A stretch of DNA of 64,000 nucleotides from Takakia lepidozioides (GCA_030704615.1 CM060732.1:42842001-42906000); one strand, 5' to 3'; positions 1 to 13,175 are shown, counted from the first letter of the stretch. The notes: generated by a model not told the origin, from the letters alone. Translations and numbers: made by a program.

Positions 1-3000
1 TACTTACCCATCCACATTCATCCATCTACTTTCATTTTTCGCACTCATCCATCTGTTTATCATCCACTCTACATTCATCCATCCTTCATTCATCTGTTGC
101 TTTCAGGTGGGAATGACCACGTCCTTTTATTATGTCGTCCAGCTTGTTTCTGCGGTAAAGGGTGCTCTTCCGCGGGAATACACTCCACTTCTTCCTTGGC
201 GCGTGGTGACGCGGCCTTCAAGCACGATGACGTGGAGTGAGCCCTGTGATGTGGCGTTGGCGCAAGGTGACGTGGCGTGAGCGCAGCGACCAGGCTCACG
301 CCGAGGCATCCCTGAGGGCGATGTACTCGGGTGTTAGTGTACATGTGATTTTGGTGTACAAGCTTTGGATGAGAGCTGCTTAGTGCCTGATTCGTGTGTT
401 CCTCTCGCGCGTTGCTTGCTCTTTCCACTCGCCTCTTTGTTATGCAACCTCGCTTCTTGAGAGGAAAGGAGTATATGCTTCAGGCTTGTTTTATGGTGGA
501 GAGAAGCCGGGTACTCTAGGCGTGGTGGATCCTGCCCGCACTGTCAGGATCAGTTAGGTCTTTTCGCGGGATTTGCTCTACATCCTGCTGCCTAAGTGGT
601 TCGCTAATGCGTGTGGGCGCTCCTCGCTTTGCCATATTTTCTCCTGCTGCTGCGATTTTGCCGTCTCACGATGTGTGTTGGGGTGTGATTGCAGGGGATG
701 GCTGCTGTTCATGACCTGTCTTGTGTAGCTCGCAGAGAGGGGGAGAGCCTATTTCTTCAGATTAGAGTGGCACTTGCTATCGAAGCTAATCCTAGTGTAG
801 AGGCTGACCCTGCTGCAACTTCTCAGTCTGTTGGTGTTGTTATTGTTGCTCATCCCGTTGTTTCTCACCCTGTTGACATTCTTGCTGTTGCTAACACTAC
901 CAACGGCGCGCGGCCTGGCAGTGTTGCTTTGCCAGCGTCGCCACTTCCTGAGCCGGCTACTTGCGTTCCAGCCCTTGTTGTTTCATTGGGTTCTCCTAGT
1001 GGTAATGGAGGTTTACTATTTCATGAGCGCATGAGCCCATGAGCCCATGAGCCTATGAGCTCATGAGCGGACATCCGCGGAATTGGAATTTTCCTGCCTT
1101 TATTGACGGTGTTATGTCCTCTTACCTCGGTAATAGGGTCTGTTTCTCCTGGTCCAGGATGTGGAATGAGGTATTTCGGCGCCATTATTCCCAAGAGCAG
1201 TGTGCTAAAATGGTGTTTTGAAGACATCCACCGGGGTATTTCGGCACCGAAATTACCTCTTAAAATGTGATATAGTGCGGTATTTAATGGCGCAGAACGG
1301 GCTATTTGGGCGCCGAAATACCCAAGTGGAATGTGCTGAAGTGCCTTGTGCTGAAGGCTTCCATCGCGATATTTTGGTACAGTAATTCATCCGTGGAATT
1401 TTTTGAGGCCCATATAACAAGGCGCGCATTGGGCTATTTCGGCGCCAAATTTCCCAATAGGAATGTTAGAAACGGCAGGGTTTTCATGGCTTCAAGTTCT
1501 CGGCTCGATGGTGTGCATAAATTACTTGTAGGGTTCTTCAATGAAGTTTACGTCTCTTCTGCTTTTATTATACATTTTGGTTGGCGGAAGAAATGTAGGG
1601 AATCGGACAAGCAGTCTGAACACAATGATTTTTCAAATCGTCAATATTTTCATTAAGTGTTTCAGAACTGTACAACAAAAGAATCCAAATGAGACTTTGC
1701 TATGGTGAGGATCCGCTATCACTGTCCGATGCATCCCCGGCCTCATGCAAGGATGGCTGCCTTCCACCTGCCTCCGAACCTGCACTGCCGCTACCGCTGT
1801 TACTCTGAGAAGCCCTCCCCTCAAAAATACCATCCTCACCAGCCGGAACTGTCCACCTGGGTGCGGAAGTGTCCTCAACATTCCCCTCGCTCTCGGACGC
1901 GGATTCTATTACGAACTTCCCTACTCTGCCTTTTTCACAATTCTATGTTTGGCCTCACGCCTCATTATAATTCTCTGCTCATTCCCGTATGTCAATTGCT
2001 CTAACCGAGTAGGCCTATCCTCCCTGCTGATGGCTTCTCTGGCAACCGTGTCTGCATAGGCTGGTAGAAAAAAAGGCTTCTGGGGACTCGCGAGAAACGA
2101 TTTTCTGGCAAAGAATGGCCGATGCGATTCTGTCTCTTCCTCTGCAACAGGGTCCGATTCGGGCAAGTCTCCCAGCTTCTCCTCGTCGGACGACTCTGCA
2201 AGGCTGAGTGTACGCACAAACATAGAATGAAGTACATTAGAGAATTCAAACAGGGAATCATCGGCAGGTTGCATGGTCCCCTACAACCGAAACCAATACA
2301 CTTACTATGGTGCAACTCACTCGAAGACAGGCATTGGGGGAAGCGGCTTCGGGCGCCCCTGCATCGAACGAATTTCCTGGACTTCCTCCTCTTCATCTTC
2401 CTCCTCCCCTTCCACGTCATCTTCTGCGTTTTTGGGATCCTCAGTCGGAGGCAAACGCTGAAGGCCCGCCAAATTGTAATCGTACAAGGCGTATCCCCCT
2501 CAAATGAGAACACAAATCGGTTCGACATCCTTCCCGCCCACATACAGGCACCTGCAAATTCATACGACACAACCACAACCAAACTCAAGAATGAGTCGCT
2601 TCCTCGCACAAGCAAACATACACAAACGGAAATGGTGTCAATTTTGGTGCCGCATTCAATTAACGTTCTCACCTGTATTTGCAGTGATGTCGAGGACCCT
2701 GCCTTCAACATCCGTACATGTTTCCATGAGCGTCTGGGATGATGCAGGACTCCTGGTCCTGCCATACCTCCATGGCTTGCCCGACAAATCACAAAGAATG
2801 TCCTTCTCTCCCACATGGTTGAACAGGACGTTATACTCCAGTGGATCAACTATGGAATCAACAAGTCTTCCTGTTTCACGTAATTTGAATTTCTAATGTT
2901 TCTTCACGAAGCAAAATGCCTGAAAGATAAGAGTCTGCAGAGAAGGAAATGTCCTGGAGGTTTTGCTCCTCCGCAAGCTCCAGCAGGTTCTGATCGTCGC

Positions 3001-4709
3001 CAAGTCGTACCACGTTGTCGTCCTCTCCTTTGTCAGCTCAATGGGCCGCCCTTCTGCAGATCCAACTCCCACATCTCCAGCGGCCTCCACCCGCATCCGT
3101 GTTTTTTGAAATTGACTGCAAACCCAATATCTCTGCTTCCAGTCTCCCTAGGGGTTTTACTGGCGAAGCCATGGGCTCCTTCTGCTTCCTCGACTTCCGA
3201 ACTCTAGTGGGCTTTTCTGAGGCGATATCTGAGGTGTTGAATGAGGACTCGCCTGCCTCGATGCACTTCCACCTTGCGAGCGCAGCACCCGGGCAGGAGT
3301 ATCCAAAGTTGACTGTGTTGCTTCGCCCCCCTGCGATCCCTCCCCAGCTCCCATGTCAAACAAACAGGAAAACATGAGACACTGCACGCAAAAAAAAAGG
3401 TGTAAAAGAATATTGCGTATGGAGTGCTTCACATCCGCAAAGCACGAATCTCTCACTGGTGGGCGATCCGAGTCTCCGGATAACGAGGTCTACATTTCAT
3501 GCATGAGACGGAGCTTAAGTCGTGTCGTCGGCGGCTTCCCAAAATCCCGCGTCCTCCTTCTCTTTGCCGGAGTCACCTGACCTTCCACAAACTCTATGCT
3601 ACCACTATGCCGCATAAGGAGAGGAAACGCAGGAGAATGTCACTGCAGAAGGGCAAGGAGCGAGAGAGCGAAGCGGTGGAACATGCAACCACTCTACACG
3701 AGCAGATGTGTAAGCAGCCACGTCTCCCGAAGCGTTGCCACCGTCCACCACTTTCTGCCGTATGGGTGATGAAGAGATTGTGACCCCTGACACGTTCGCA
3801 CGGATGAAGTCGACTGGAACACGACGCGTGCCAGTTCCAGCCACCAGTACAATGGTTTATCCGAATTGCGGCACCGAAATATACCTTCCGTTCACCGGAT
3901 GCTGTTCCCGGAGCAGCCGACATTGAATGAAATATCCGCACATCATGAAACCCAACCGCCATGAAAAATCCCCTGCCTATGACATTCAACAGTCAGGTCG
4001 GTACGTTTCATCGGCGGACGGATGAATTTCGGCGCCGAAATTCATCCTATTCAAGTGCTTTCGTACACAAACTTACAAATTTCGGCGCCGCAATTCATCG
4101 CTTCCCAAGTCCTCATTCGTCATGAGCAAACCTGTCAATGGATATCGGAGCCGGAATTAATTCCGGAACAGTGGAAACGGCTGCACTTGGGCACATTTCA
4201 TCCATATTTCGCGCCGAAATTCATTACGATATCTCCGTCCACGCGTAGACGAGGTGAAATCATCCATATTTCGGCGCCGAAATTCATCCAGAGCGAAGAC
4301 TAAATCGGCACCATGCTATGCTTTGCCGCCATCATTGCCCCTGACGGATGCTGTCCATGCCTGTTGGACTTGCCATTTCTGGACATTTAACTATAATTTC
4401 GGCGCCGAAATTATACTTTATGTGCGGCAACGTCCCGTGCGAAAAAGACCACTTAATGGATACTGTCGGTTTCAAATGAAAAAAACGGCTAAACAATTAA
4501 TTTTGACAGAAGGGTTCAATATGCCGATTTCTCCATTAAATGCAGAATATTCCTGTTATCTTCGTCGGAACGGGGTATTTCCAACGATTTACGGAAAATT
4601 ATATCATCCAGAAGCAAAAAGTAAGTGTCGGGTTTGGACGAATTTCGGCGCCGAAATTCATCCGTCGCATAGAAAATGTAATATTAGAGTTACTCATTGC
4701 GGACAGTAA

Positions 4710-5220
4710 GGATGAATTTCGGCGCCGAAATTCATCCATTTCAAAGAAAATAAATATTGGAGGGAGGCATTGGATGAATTCGGCGCCGAAATTCATTGCT
4801 CGCGAAGAAAAAAAATTTCGGGAGGACTTCGGATGAATTTCGGCGCCGAAATTCATTGCTCGCGAAGAAAAAAAAAAATCGGGAGGACTTCGGATGAATT
4901 TCAGCGCCGAAATTCATTGCTCCCGAAGAAAAAAAAAATTCGGGAGGACTTCGGATGAATTTCGGCGCGAAATTCATTGCTGGCGAAGAAAAAAAAAAAT
5001 CGGGAGGACTTCGGATGAATTTCGGCGCCGAATTCATTGCTCGCGAGAAAAAAATAAATTTGGGAGGACTTCGGATGAATTCGGCGCCGAAATTCATTGC
5101 TCGCGAAGAAAAAGGAAAATTAGAAGGGATGACTTGGATGAGATTGGCGCCGAAGTTCATCTGTCGCAAAAAAAAAAAAAAAAAAAATACTTCAGATGAA
5201 TTTCGGCACCGAAATCCATC
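4710..5220. repeat. ~60-bp tandem array, each unit containing the palindrome ATGAATTTCGGCGCCGAAATTCAT plus an A-tract
   Basis: About 8 units of GGATGAATTTCGGCGCCGAAATTCATTGCTCGCGAAG(A)nTCGGGAGGACTTC, starting near 4771, 4831, 4892, 4953, 5013 and 5073. Confidence 0.95.
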
Positions 5221-5980
5221 CGCAGGCAGCAGAATTAGGGTCGGAAAAGGAGATGAAGAATGAATTTTCGGCGCCGAAATACATCCATTCTGCGATTCAG
5301 ATTACTGTCATTCGGATGTCGGCAGCGATATCCGGACACGTGGTGAATCACGACTGTAATCAGGAACACATTCATCTGTATTTTGGCATCCAAATTCAAC
5401 CCTCATGTGCAGAAACAAATTTGATGAAGAGATGTTCATCCGAATTTCGGCACCGAAATCCATCCGTTGGATGCTTGGTCAGTTCATGAGGTGAACAAAT
5501 TACTATTTCTGTCGCCGGAATCATCCCCTGGCTTCCAAAGTTGTTACATGACAGAGATGTTCATCCAGATTTCGTGCCGAAATTCATGGGAAGGCCTGAT
5601 TTTTGTAGCCCAAGTGGTTGTACATTACAATTCAGCACCAAATATCCGATGTGAACTTGTTGTTGTCGTCCGTTTTTGTAACGTACGTTACATACCACCT
5701 TCATCTTTACGTGCACTGATCACCCATCCTGTTGGATACGGAATCCTCCAGAAAATCATTTGTGTTATTAGGTAGGACACACTCTTCTCACTGCAGGACT
5801 TCGCTGCGGAGCGTACCGAGAGGTCCCGTCTTCAACATGGACTCCCGTGTTTGGGTAAACGTGTACTTCCATCCTGATTCTCTGAAAGCTAAAATACGTT
5901 CCACGAAATCCAATTCCCAGTCGTCATCCTCCTCCCACGAGAAGCTCTTCGCCCCGCATACCGGTGGGTGACCCCGCAGC

Positions 5981-6332
5981 TTGGCCCACCCATCGGTGGG
6001 GGAAACTGAAAAGACGGCGGCCACCAACAAAGGCGAACGACCCAGGATGGCCAACGCTCTTGCAATGCCCTGCATAGTGCAAGGTTGCAGGGATGTTCCT
6101 CACCCCCGGGATGGGGCGCATATTTCAGTTGTCACAGCCGGGTCTGCTGCGCGCAGTGTCGTGTATACAATCACGGTTTCACAGTACCCAGCTTGCAACT
6201 TGTGATGACTTCTTTGTTATGGAATCGAAGAATGCAGCATACGTCCCCTGCAAACACCTTTATTACATTTTTCTGAAGCGCATGGGAGTTGCATATCCGC
6301 AGTGGACGTCTTCATCCATGCTCCAACACTGA
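5981..6332 (+). pseudogene. SWIM zinc-finger protein fragment inside the MULE (frameshifted)
   Basis: Joining ORF 5981..6205 with ORF 6093..6332 gives YTITVSQYPAC/TCDDFFVMESKNAAYVPCKHLYYIF, a CxC-xn-CxH SWIM motif. Confidence 0.7.
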
Positions 6333-7049
6333 GTTTCAACGAGCTGCACAAGGCCCTACGGCAGGACACTGGTCGGACTGCTTGACATTCCACATTCGGG
6401 AAGGAGAAAGTGGCAATTATATTACATTATCTTCTTGCACCCTATTTTTGGAGGAATTATACACTTGGTGGTGCCGCATCGCCATGGCTGGTGCCGCAAT
6501 ACATGAGAATGTGGTTTTTGGCCATGAATGGCATGCGCATGCTTTTTTTATTTTGGTTGTCTACAAATGGATCCGAGTAAAGCATACATTGTGTGGAGAT
6601 TAACGGGCATTGAGGCCTATTTCAGCGCCGTTTTGGTCTATGTACTGCATAGTGCTTCCTTGTTACTGCTCTTCATTCAATTTGTAGTGATTTCGCAGCC
6701 CATCCTGGCGTTTTCGTCCACCTCTATGAAGACTCCAATTTGCTACAAATACATTTGTTACTGTTCTGCAAATGTGATGTCTTTACAAGATTGCTAGTTC
6801 TGTGTCCCAGTGGGAAGGGTCCTACTGCACATTCCAGCATTTGCATACTGCACTTTGTGCAAACAGCAATCCATACGACAAAGGACACGTCCCAGCATAC
6901 TGGCAGTGAATTGCAAAAAACCTTAACAGAAGATTATCCAAGCATGTATATTCCCCATATGGCACAGGGAAGCTGCTTGATTTCTGAATGAAAATGTATG
7001 TGCCATGAGTGTCGGCGAGTCGAAACATGTCTACTTTAGCATGCAAGAC

Positions 7050-7643
7050 CTATGGTCCCCTCGCCCAAGAAGAAGGAACTCTAACTGGCCTCTCAAGGAC
7101 CTCCTGAGTGACCGGGTGCCTATATTTGAACAAAATGTCAGTGGTTTCTGTCGCCCGGTTGAAACTAACGAGGATGTCGTGTTTATCGATAGCGCCCCCT
7201 TGGTAGAAGGACATTTTCACAGTGGGCCCTGTGTTCCCCTCCTCCTCCCCACTTTCCGAGCCAGTCCGTCCACGCGTAAAGATTTCACCTATGCACTCAT
7301 CATACGTCCACTCGCAACAATTCCAGCGATACAGCAACGCTGTGCGTGATCTGTTCGGCTCCCACTCATGCGGAAAGTCCAGGTCCATGATGCGTAGGAA
7401 CCACCTGCTCCCCAGCCGGGGTCCAGGAGAATCGTGCAATCCTGGAAGAAACTCCATTGCTCTCAGCTGGACAAGTCGAGGATCGTCCCTAAAAATCCAG
7501 GAAAACAATGATGTCGTCTGCTTTCGGGAAAATGACTCCCGGCTGGCGTCGATAGATGTGATTCGGGCACGACATGGCCTCACGACATAGCACGAGCTCA
7601 AAGCAGGGAGGAGATGGGCACAACAGAGAAGAGTGAAGAGCAA
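7050..7643 (-). CDS. Unknown MULE-internal ORF fragment (197 aa)
   Basis: Open frame with globular-looking composition inside the TIR element; no domain recognised. Confidence 0.3.
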   Translation of the reverse strand: MLFTLLCCAHLLPALSSCYVVRPCRARITSIDASRESFSRKQTTSLFSWIFRDDPRLVQLRAMEFLPGLHDSPGPRLGSRWFLRIMDLDFPHEWEPNRSRTALLYRWNCCEWTYDECIGEIFTRGRTGSESGEEEGNTGPTVKMSFYQGGAIDKHDILVSFNRATETTDILFKYRHPVTQEVLERPVRVPSSWARGP

Positions 7644-7689
7644 AATGAGAGCAAGGCCTCCCTTACCGTAAGGCGGGTATTTGCTCTCC

Positions 7690-8165
7690 GGAGCCCAATT
7701 TTGGCGCCGTTATTGGATGGAGTGCGGAAGCTTCAGCCGAGAATTTTGTTTCTGCAGGTCAATTTCGGCGCCGTTATTGGTTGCAATCCCTAGCCTTCAG
7801 CCGGGTATTTGGTTTCCGGACCCAATTTCGGCGCCGTTATCGGCTGCACTCCGGTGGCTTCAACCGAGTATTTGATTTTCGGGGCCCATTTCGGCGCCGT
7901 TATCGCCTGCACTCCGGAGGATGCAGCCGGGTATTTGGTTGGCGGAGCCCAATTACTTTCACCGTTGTTGGCTTCACTCCCGAGCCTTCAGCCGGCTATT
8001 TCTTTTCCTGTGCCCAATACGGCGCCGTTATACCCAACCATCATGCACTTCTGCAACAAAACTATCCACGGTTATAGGTCGCCATTGCGTTTTCGGAGTC
8101 TGCAAACCCGGATCCTAATTCCGCTTGCGTCTCTGCCTCTGGGATAATTTCGGTGCCGTTATTGC
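7690..8165. repeat. Degenerate ~60-bp subterminal tandem array with core ATTTCGGCGCCGTTA...CAGCCGGGTATTT
   Basis: Repeated cores near 7700, 7762, 7825, 7888, 8020 and 8148. Confidence 0.8.
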
Positions 8166-8757
8166 CCAGAATTCAGTTTTTCTATGACCTGGCCTAGCGG
8201 TCCATGAGCCTGGGCTCCAAGTCATGAGCGTACACTGGTACTCATGAGCGGAGTGCTTCTAGCATGAGCGCGGAAATCTTCGATTTTTGATTATTTAATA
8301 GTTTTGGGCCCGAAAAAAATCTGCCGAAATTTGAAGTGTGTTACTTTGCAGCTCATGGGTGAGCCATGCCCGCTCATGAGCTCATGGAATAGCAACCCCC
8401 AGTGGTAATGATTATGACAATCTGGGGGACGTCTGTCTCTGTCTGTAGGGCCCTTGAATCCGGTGCCAGAATATGACTAGAGTGGGCATTCTGACCTTGA
8501 CTGGTAGCTCGATACAGTGTTTGGTTTGATGGGATAATACATATTGATGGGTGGCTATCATTGCATTGGTGATGCAGATTATGTGCTCGAATAGAGTGAA
8601 ATGATAGATATCAATGCTGACTTTAGTCCATCCAAATTTTAAAATAAACCGTCGGACGATGGACGATCGTTTAGCTCCAGGCGATATGCGGTTTTTTTTT
8701 TTAGAATTTTTTTTATTATAAATCTAAGGTTTGAGCAACCGCTGAACGACCATGATT

Positions 8758-8791
<34 letters not shown>

Positions 8792-9218
8792 TTTAAGGTC
8801 GTTTGGATGATTGCTAGGCGACGGCGACGGCCGGGTGATAATGGTCATGCAATTTATTTTTATTTTTATATTATTATTATTTTATGTTTTTTTGGTCCAT
8901 GAGACCATTGTGCGACGGTGACGGCCGAACGATAGTTGGGTGACCGCTAGTTGATCCCGCGGTCCCCGCACCGCCATCGCCATACCGATGGCGACCGCAA
9001 AGCGACATGACGGTCTTCTCAAATTACTAAAATTAAATCTAATTGAATTTTTTTTATGCGTGTAATATCCGACGGACGTGGATCTTATGTGTCACACTCC
9101 CCTGCCCCTCCCTCGGTGCCCGAAAATCGAGGAGTAGAGATAGAGCAGCTCGATGGGGGCACTCTGCTCGGTCAGGGGCCTACAGACGTTAACCGCCAGC
9201 CTACAACCTCCATTCACT

Positions 9219-9249
9219 ATATATATATATATATATATATATCTATATA
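9219..9249. repeat. (TA)n microsatellite
   Basis: Read directly from the sequence. Confidence 0.9.
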
Positions 9250-10404
9250 ATGGATGGTTCCCATGAAACTTGTTGGAGACATATAGTTTTTCTGATTAAT
9301 CATATAAATGATTGTATACATATTTTTATTATTAAATTACTTTCAATCCATTTTTATCCATATTTTCACCACGTATAAAGAGAAGTAGTCATAGATGCTA
9401 GTTATATATTCTGTCTATTTGCCACATGTAAAATCTGAAGTGGCACGCCTGTCCCGTTAACACCTCTCCGTTAACACTCTCCATGCAGGCATCCATATGT
9501 AGACATGTAGTCATATATTTAGTCATATGATTGAGTTATCCATTCATGACGTGTCACATCCTACGTGACACACGGGGCCCATTCACACCTCTCAATGTAG
9601 GCATCACTCTGAGATATATAGTCATATGATCTAGTCACAAAGTCGTGATGTATCACATTTGAAGTGGTACATATGTCCCGCTAACGCCTCTCCACGTAGG
9701 CATCACTATGTTTGTAGTCATATCTTTAGTCATATAATCTAGTTATGCAGTCATATGGTTATGACTGCATCACTCTCCTATCTATGATTCCACGCCCTCC
9801 AACCAAGTGCCACGTACATAGTGAGGGATATTACTTGCATTTACCACTGCGCAGTGAGAGTCGATATGACATAGTTTTTTTCTCTACAGAGTGATGTAGT
9901 CATAAACGCACCGATGATTGAAAATACAGTCATATGCAGACATAAAAACCTTAGTATGTTGTAGTGGATCAAGTGTCAAGATAACGTTGACACCTGAAAC
10001 GTCTTATCATTAAGCTTGTGGTCGTGAAACTCATCTCTCTCGAGTTGAGCCTACATGACCTAGCTCTTTTTGTGTTGCGTATGACTATGTGTGGGTGGAT
10101 TCCCCATAGGTTTGGGGTGTCATGGGCTTAACATATTTTATGAATGATCTAGTTTTGATGTGAATGGCTTATTATTGAAAGATAATAGCGTCTTCAATGT
10201 GCACGCGTGTGCCTTCAGCGGGGCCCACGTGTGGCAGATGGGTCGTGAAGGGTGGGAGCGCCCCTATCCGTTGGAGGGTCTGTTGCGACTCAGTCTGCTG
10301 CTGGGTCTGTGGGACAAGCCAGTCTACTGCGGCCCGTAAAACACATAAAACATGTACTGGTAATGCACATAAAACATTAGTTATTTCCAAGGTTTGTAGA
10401 AAGC

Positions 10405-12990
10405 AGAGAGAGAGAGAGAAGAATCCGGCCGAAGCCGGCGTAACTAAGAGCCACTTCGCCTTGCGGCTACTGCCCCTTTTCAGGGGTGGGCCCTATGTGA
10501 AAAACCGGTGTCTAGGGGACACCAAGTGACCATCTGAGGGATGGTACCCTGAAGCTAAAGGTACCATGTGGGTAACCCATGGGTACCCAAAGACGTCCAT
10601 GATACCTAGGGAGCAAGAGAGGGATTAGATTCAAGTTGACATTTGTTGGTAATGAACGCCGTGGGGTGTATGGCTTTAACACATTTATGGATAGAAGTGA
10701 TAAGGAGTTTAAAGTTGTCTTGAAATGCAGAGATGTTGGCATTATGGATGTTTCCTCTAGTGCTAGCAAAGATGACAGTAAGGGGGCCTGTGGCCCATCC
10801 TTGCCGGCGGATAGCAAGAATAAGCGGTGCATATTTTTGGCGTTTTTTGAGGATAGAGGAGCTGGAAGCGGTCGTGGCAGTATGTAAATTCTATGAAGTG
10901 TATGGTGATGTCGGGGGACGGTTGAATGGATGGGAGAGCATTAATGTGTCCCTGGACTAGGAGGATATCCGGGTAGAGTCTGGCAGGGCATATGCATGAT
11001 CTGTGAGGACGGCAGACACATGGAAGTAGCCATGGTGGTATCATATGGTCCGGGGGCCGGCCTTGATAGGTGCCTGCATTGATGAGTGAAATCCATCTGA
11101 TTTTATTACATTTTAATAGGAGTTTATGGATATGCCATACGGCGTGGTTATGTCGAGCAATACGGCGCCCATGAATGACGGGGTAGGGACATTTGCTGAG
11201 AAGATGGGGCCAGGTATCGCGTGGATGTGGGTACAGAATAGGCAGTGTGGGGATGGAAAAATGGTAGGCCAAAAGGTGTACTTGCGCTGATGGCCCATGT
11301 ATTGGGCGTATCGGAATTTGAGTGTATGTCGTATTTGTGCGTAAGATGCGACTTTAGTGTGCCAGAATTGGTTTGACAGTTTGTGGTGAAGTAAAGTGGA
11401 TTGGGTCCATTTTTGGATATGTAGTTTGGTATGGCTGAGAGAAGCTGAGGCTTGTTTGTTGGCTTCTTTAGTCAGGGTAGTAAGAAGGTTCCGGATTGGC
11501 CAGGGTTTTGAAGGGTCGGGTATCGGGTGAATCAACCAAAAGGGGCGTGCATGTGTAATGTGGATGGGGTCTGCCAAAGGTTCAACTGGGGGGTTTGGAT
11601 GCCCCCAGTTGGGTGAGGAGGTCTGCCTCCTCGTTGCCGTTGATACCAGTATGCGATCGAACTTTGAGAAAATGAATGGGTTTATCAATGGAAATAAAGA
11701 GTTTGATAATTGCGGAGATAAGGTTTCGGTCGGGGTGGTGGAGGTGGGAGGAAGGACAGGCAAGGTGGTTACGAAGTATAAAGAGTGAGTTTAGGCTGTC
11801 TGTGAAATTATAGTATGGTGGTGGGAACGAAGCTAATTGTGAGATAGCTTCATAAATAGCCATTAGTTCGGCACGGAGTATGGTTGCGGGGCCCGGGGGT
11901 CGGTGGGCAGTCCCGTTGTTAGTGGCGGCATGGTATACACCGTATCCGGCATGGGAACCAGAGTGGAAGCCGTCTATGTAGTGTGAATGGAGTGGGGGGT
12001 ATTTGGGGGAAGTAAGCCCCAGGTGAACCGACGGGGCATCATGGGAGGCTGTATCATGGAGGGTAACGGGCCGGGGGGGGGGGGGGGGGGGGCGTATTGG
12101 CCCAGACTTTGGGAAGTGTATAGTGAAGATGGTTGGGTTCTATTATGGCTAATGGTGTCACCTCTGGGGGGAGTTGTAGAAGGGGGGTTGGTGGTCAGGT
12201 GGTCGTTGCTGTGTGAGAATGAGGATAGTGGTGGCGGTGGGGGAGGAATGAGCGGAAAAGCACGCCCGTTGGAGAGCCTCATGTGTAACGGCCGGCCCAG
12301 GTGGCGGATGTGCAAGGCCACCACCGGACCATGTATGTTGTGTGGCAGAGCCGAGGCACCGAATACACAGTCCCAAGGGTGCGGGCTGTTGTAGGAGGAG
12401 AGCTCAAGGGGACAAGTGAGTGGACTTGAGTAATATGAGTGGGTAAGTTGGAACGAGGTGATGAGAAATTTGAGGATGTCCGGAGGGACATGGTGCTATG
12501 GGTATAGATTTGAGCTAGTTTGTCGAGGGCGCGGGGCTTTTTGGTGGGGGTGTCACGTAGGACCTAGGTATCTGTCCAGAATCCAGAGCTAGGCGAGCCT
12601 GACATGAGGGATAGATCCGACAAAGCGGCCGTTAAATGAGTAGATGTTGGATGCTATGCGGCTGGGGCATATGATAAGGGAGATTTGGTCAATATCTTTG
12701 TCGGGGTTGCATTCAGAGATTTGTATATGAATATTAGGGGCGACGAGGGGGTGACGAATGTATCGGGCGTCTATCGGTTGGGTTTAGAAGACATGATGTT
12801 GGTGGATGTGTGCTAGAAAGTTGGTGTTAGTTAATTTGTGGAAACTGGTTAGAAGATCACGGTTATGGGCTGGGTCACAATCTTCGTGGTTTCCGAAGAG
12901 GTCTTCTTCGATATGCCAGGTATTGTCTTCTATAGGAAAGCCTGCCCATTTACATAGATAGTAGGTATCGGGTTTGGGTTTTGATACCAA
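10405..12990 (-). mobile_element. 5'-truncated non-LTR retrotransposon, Dualen/RandI-like (chromodomain - RNase H - CCHC - restriction-like endonuclease), decayed
   Basis: The minus strand encodes YYLCKWAGFPIEDNTW (chromo-like), RNase H motifs (YIDG...GYGVY, ILRAELMAI, FTDSLNS, KVRSHTGINGNEEAD), CLFC...HLLSKC...RHNHAV, and PDILLV...IHFIEFTYC (PD-(D/E)xK-type REL). A (TC)n 3' tail lies at 10405-10420. Confidence 0.75.
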
Positions 12991-13175
12991 TGATAGATTC
13001 AATAACGAAGGCTTCGGGACCTGGGGGGTGCACCCCAGCCAACCTGTACCAGCCACGTGCGTGCACAGGAGGGGGTATTTAAACCCCCCCCCCCCCCCAT
13101 GTACAACATTATACATACATAGGGGGGGTAAGCAACACCTTAAATATAAGTCTACAGCAAGAGATGGCATGATTT

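Larger units (their letters stand above)
1008..8400. mobile_element. Mutator-like (MULE) TIR DNA transposon, probably non-autonomous or decayed
   Basis: An exact 10-bp target-site duplication AGTGGTAATG lies at 998-1007 and 8401-8410. The terminal inverted repeats are imperfect (left GAGGTTTACTATTTCATGAGCGCATGAGC vs reverse complement of right GGGGGTTGCTATTCCATGAGCTCATGAGC). CATGAGC repeats occur subterminally at both ends and there is an internal SWIM finger. No intact DDE transposase was recognised. Confidence 0.8.

Noticed and set aside
1-1000. ORFs 90..428 and 689..1042 as genes
   Set aside because: No recognisable domain; probably an older decayed repeat interrupted by the MULE.
4710-5220. 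CRISPR-like array of palindromic repeats
   Set aside because: The spacers are near-identical rather than unique, there are no cas genes, and the context is a eukaryotic transposon. It is a tandem repeat.
4022-5489. Numerous short ORFs containing MNFGAEIH/RRRNSS
   Set aside because: These are translations of the palindromic repeat, not genes.
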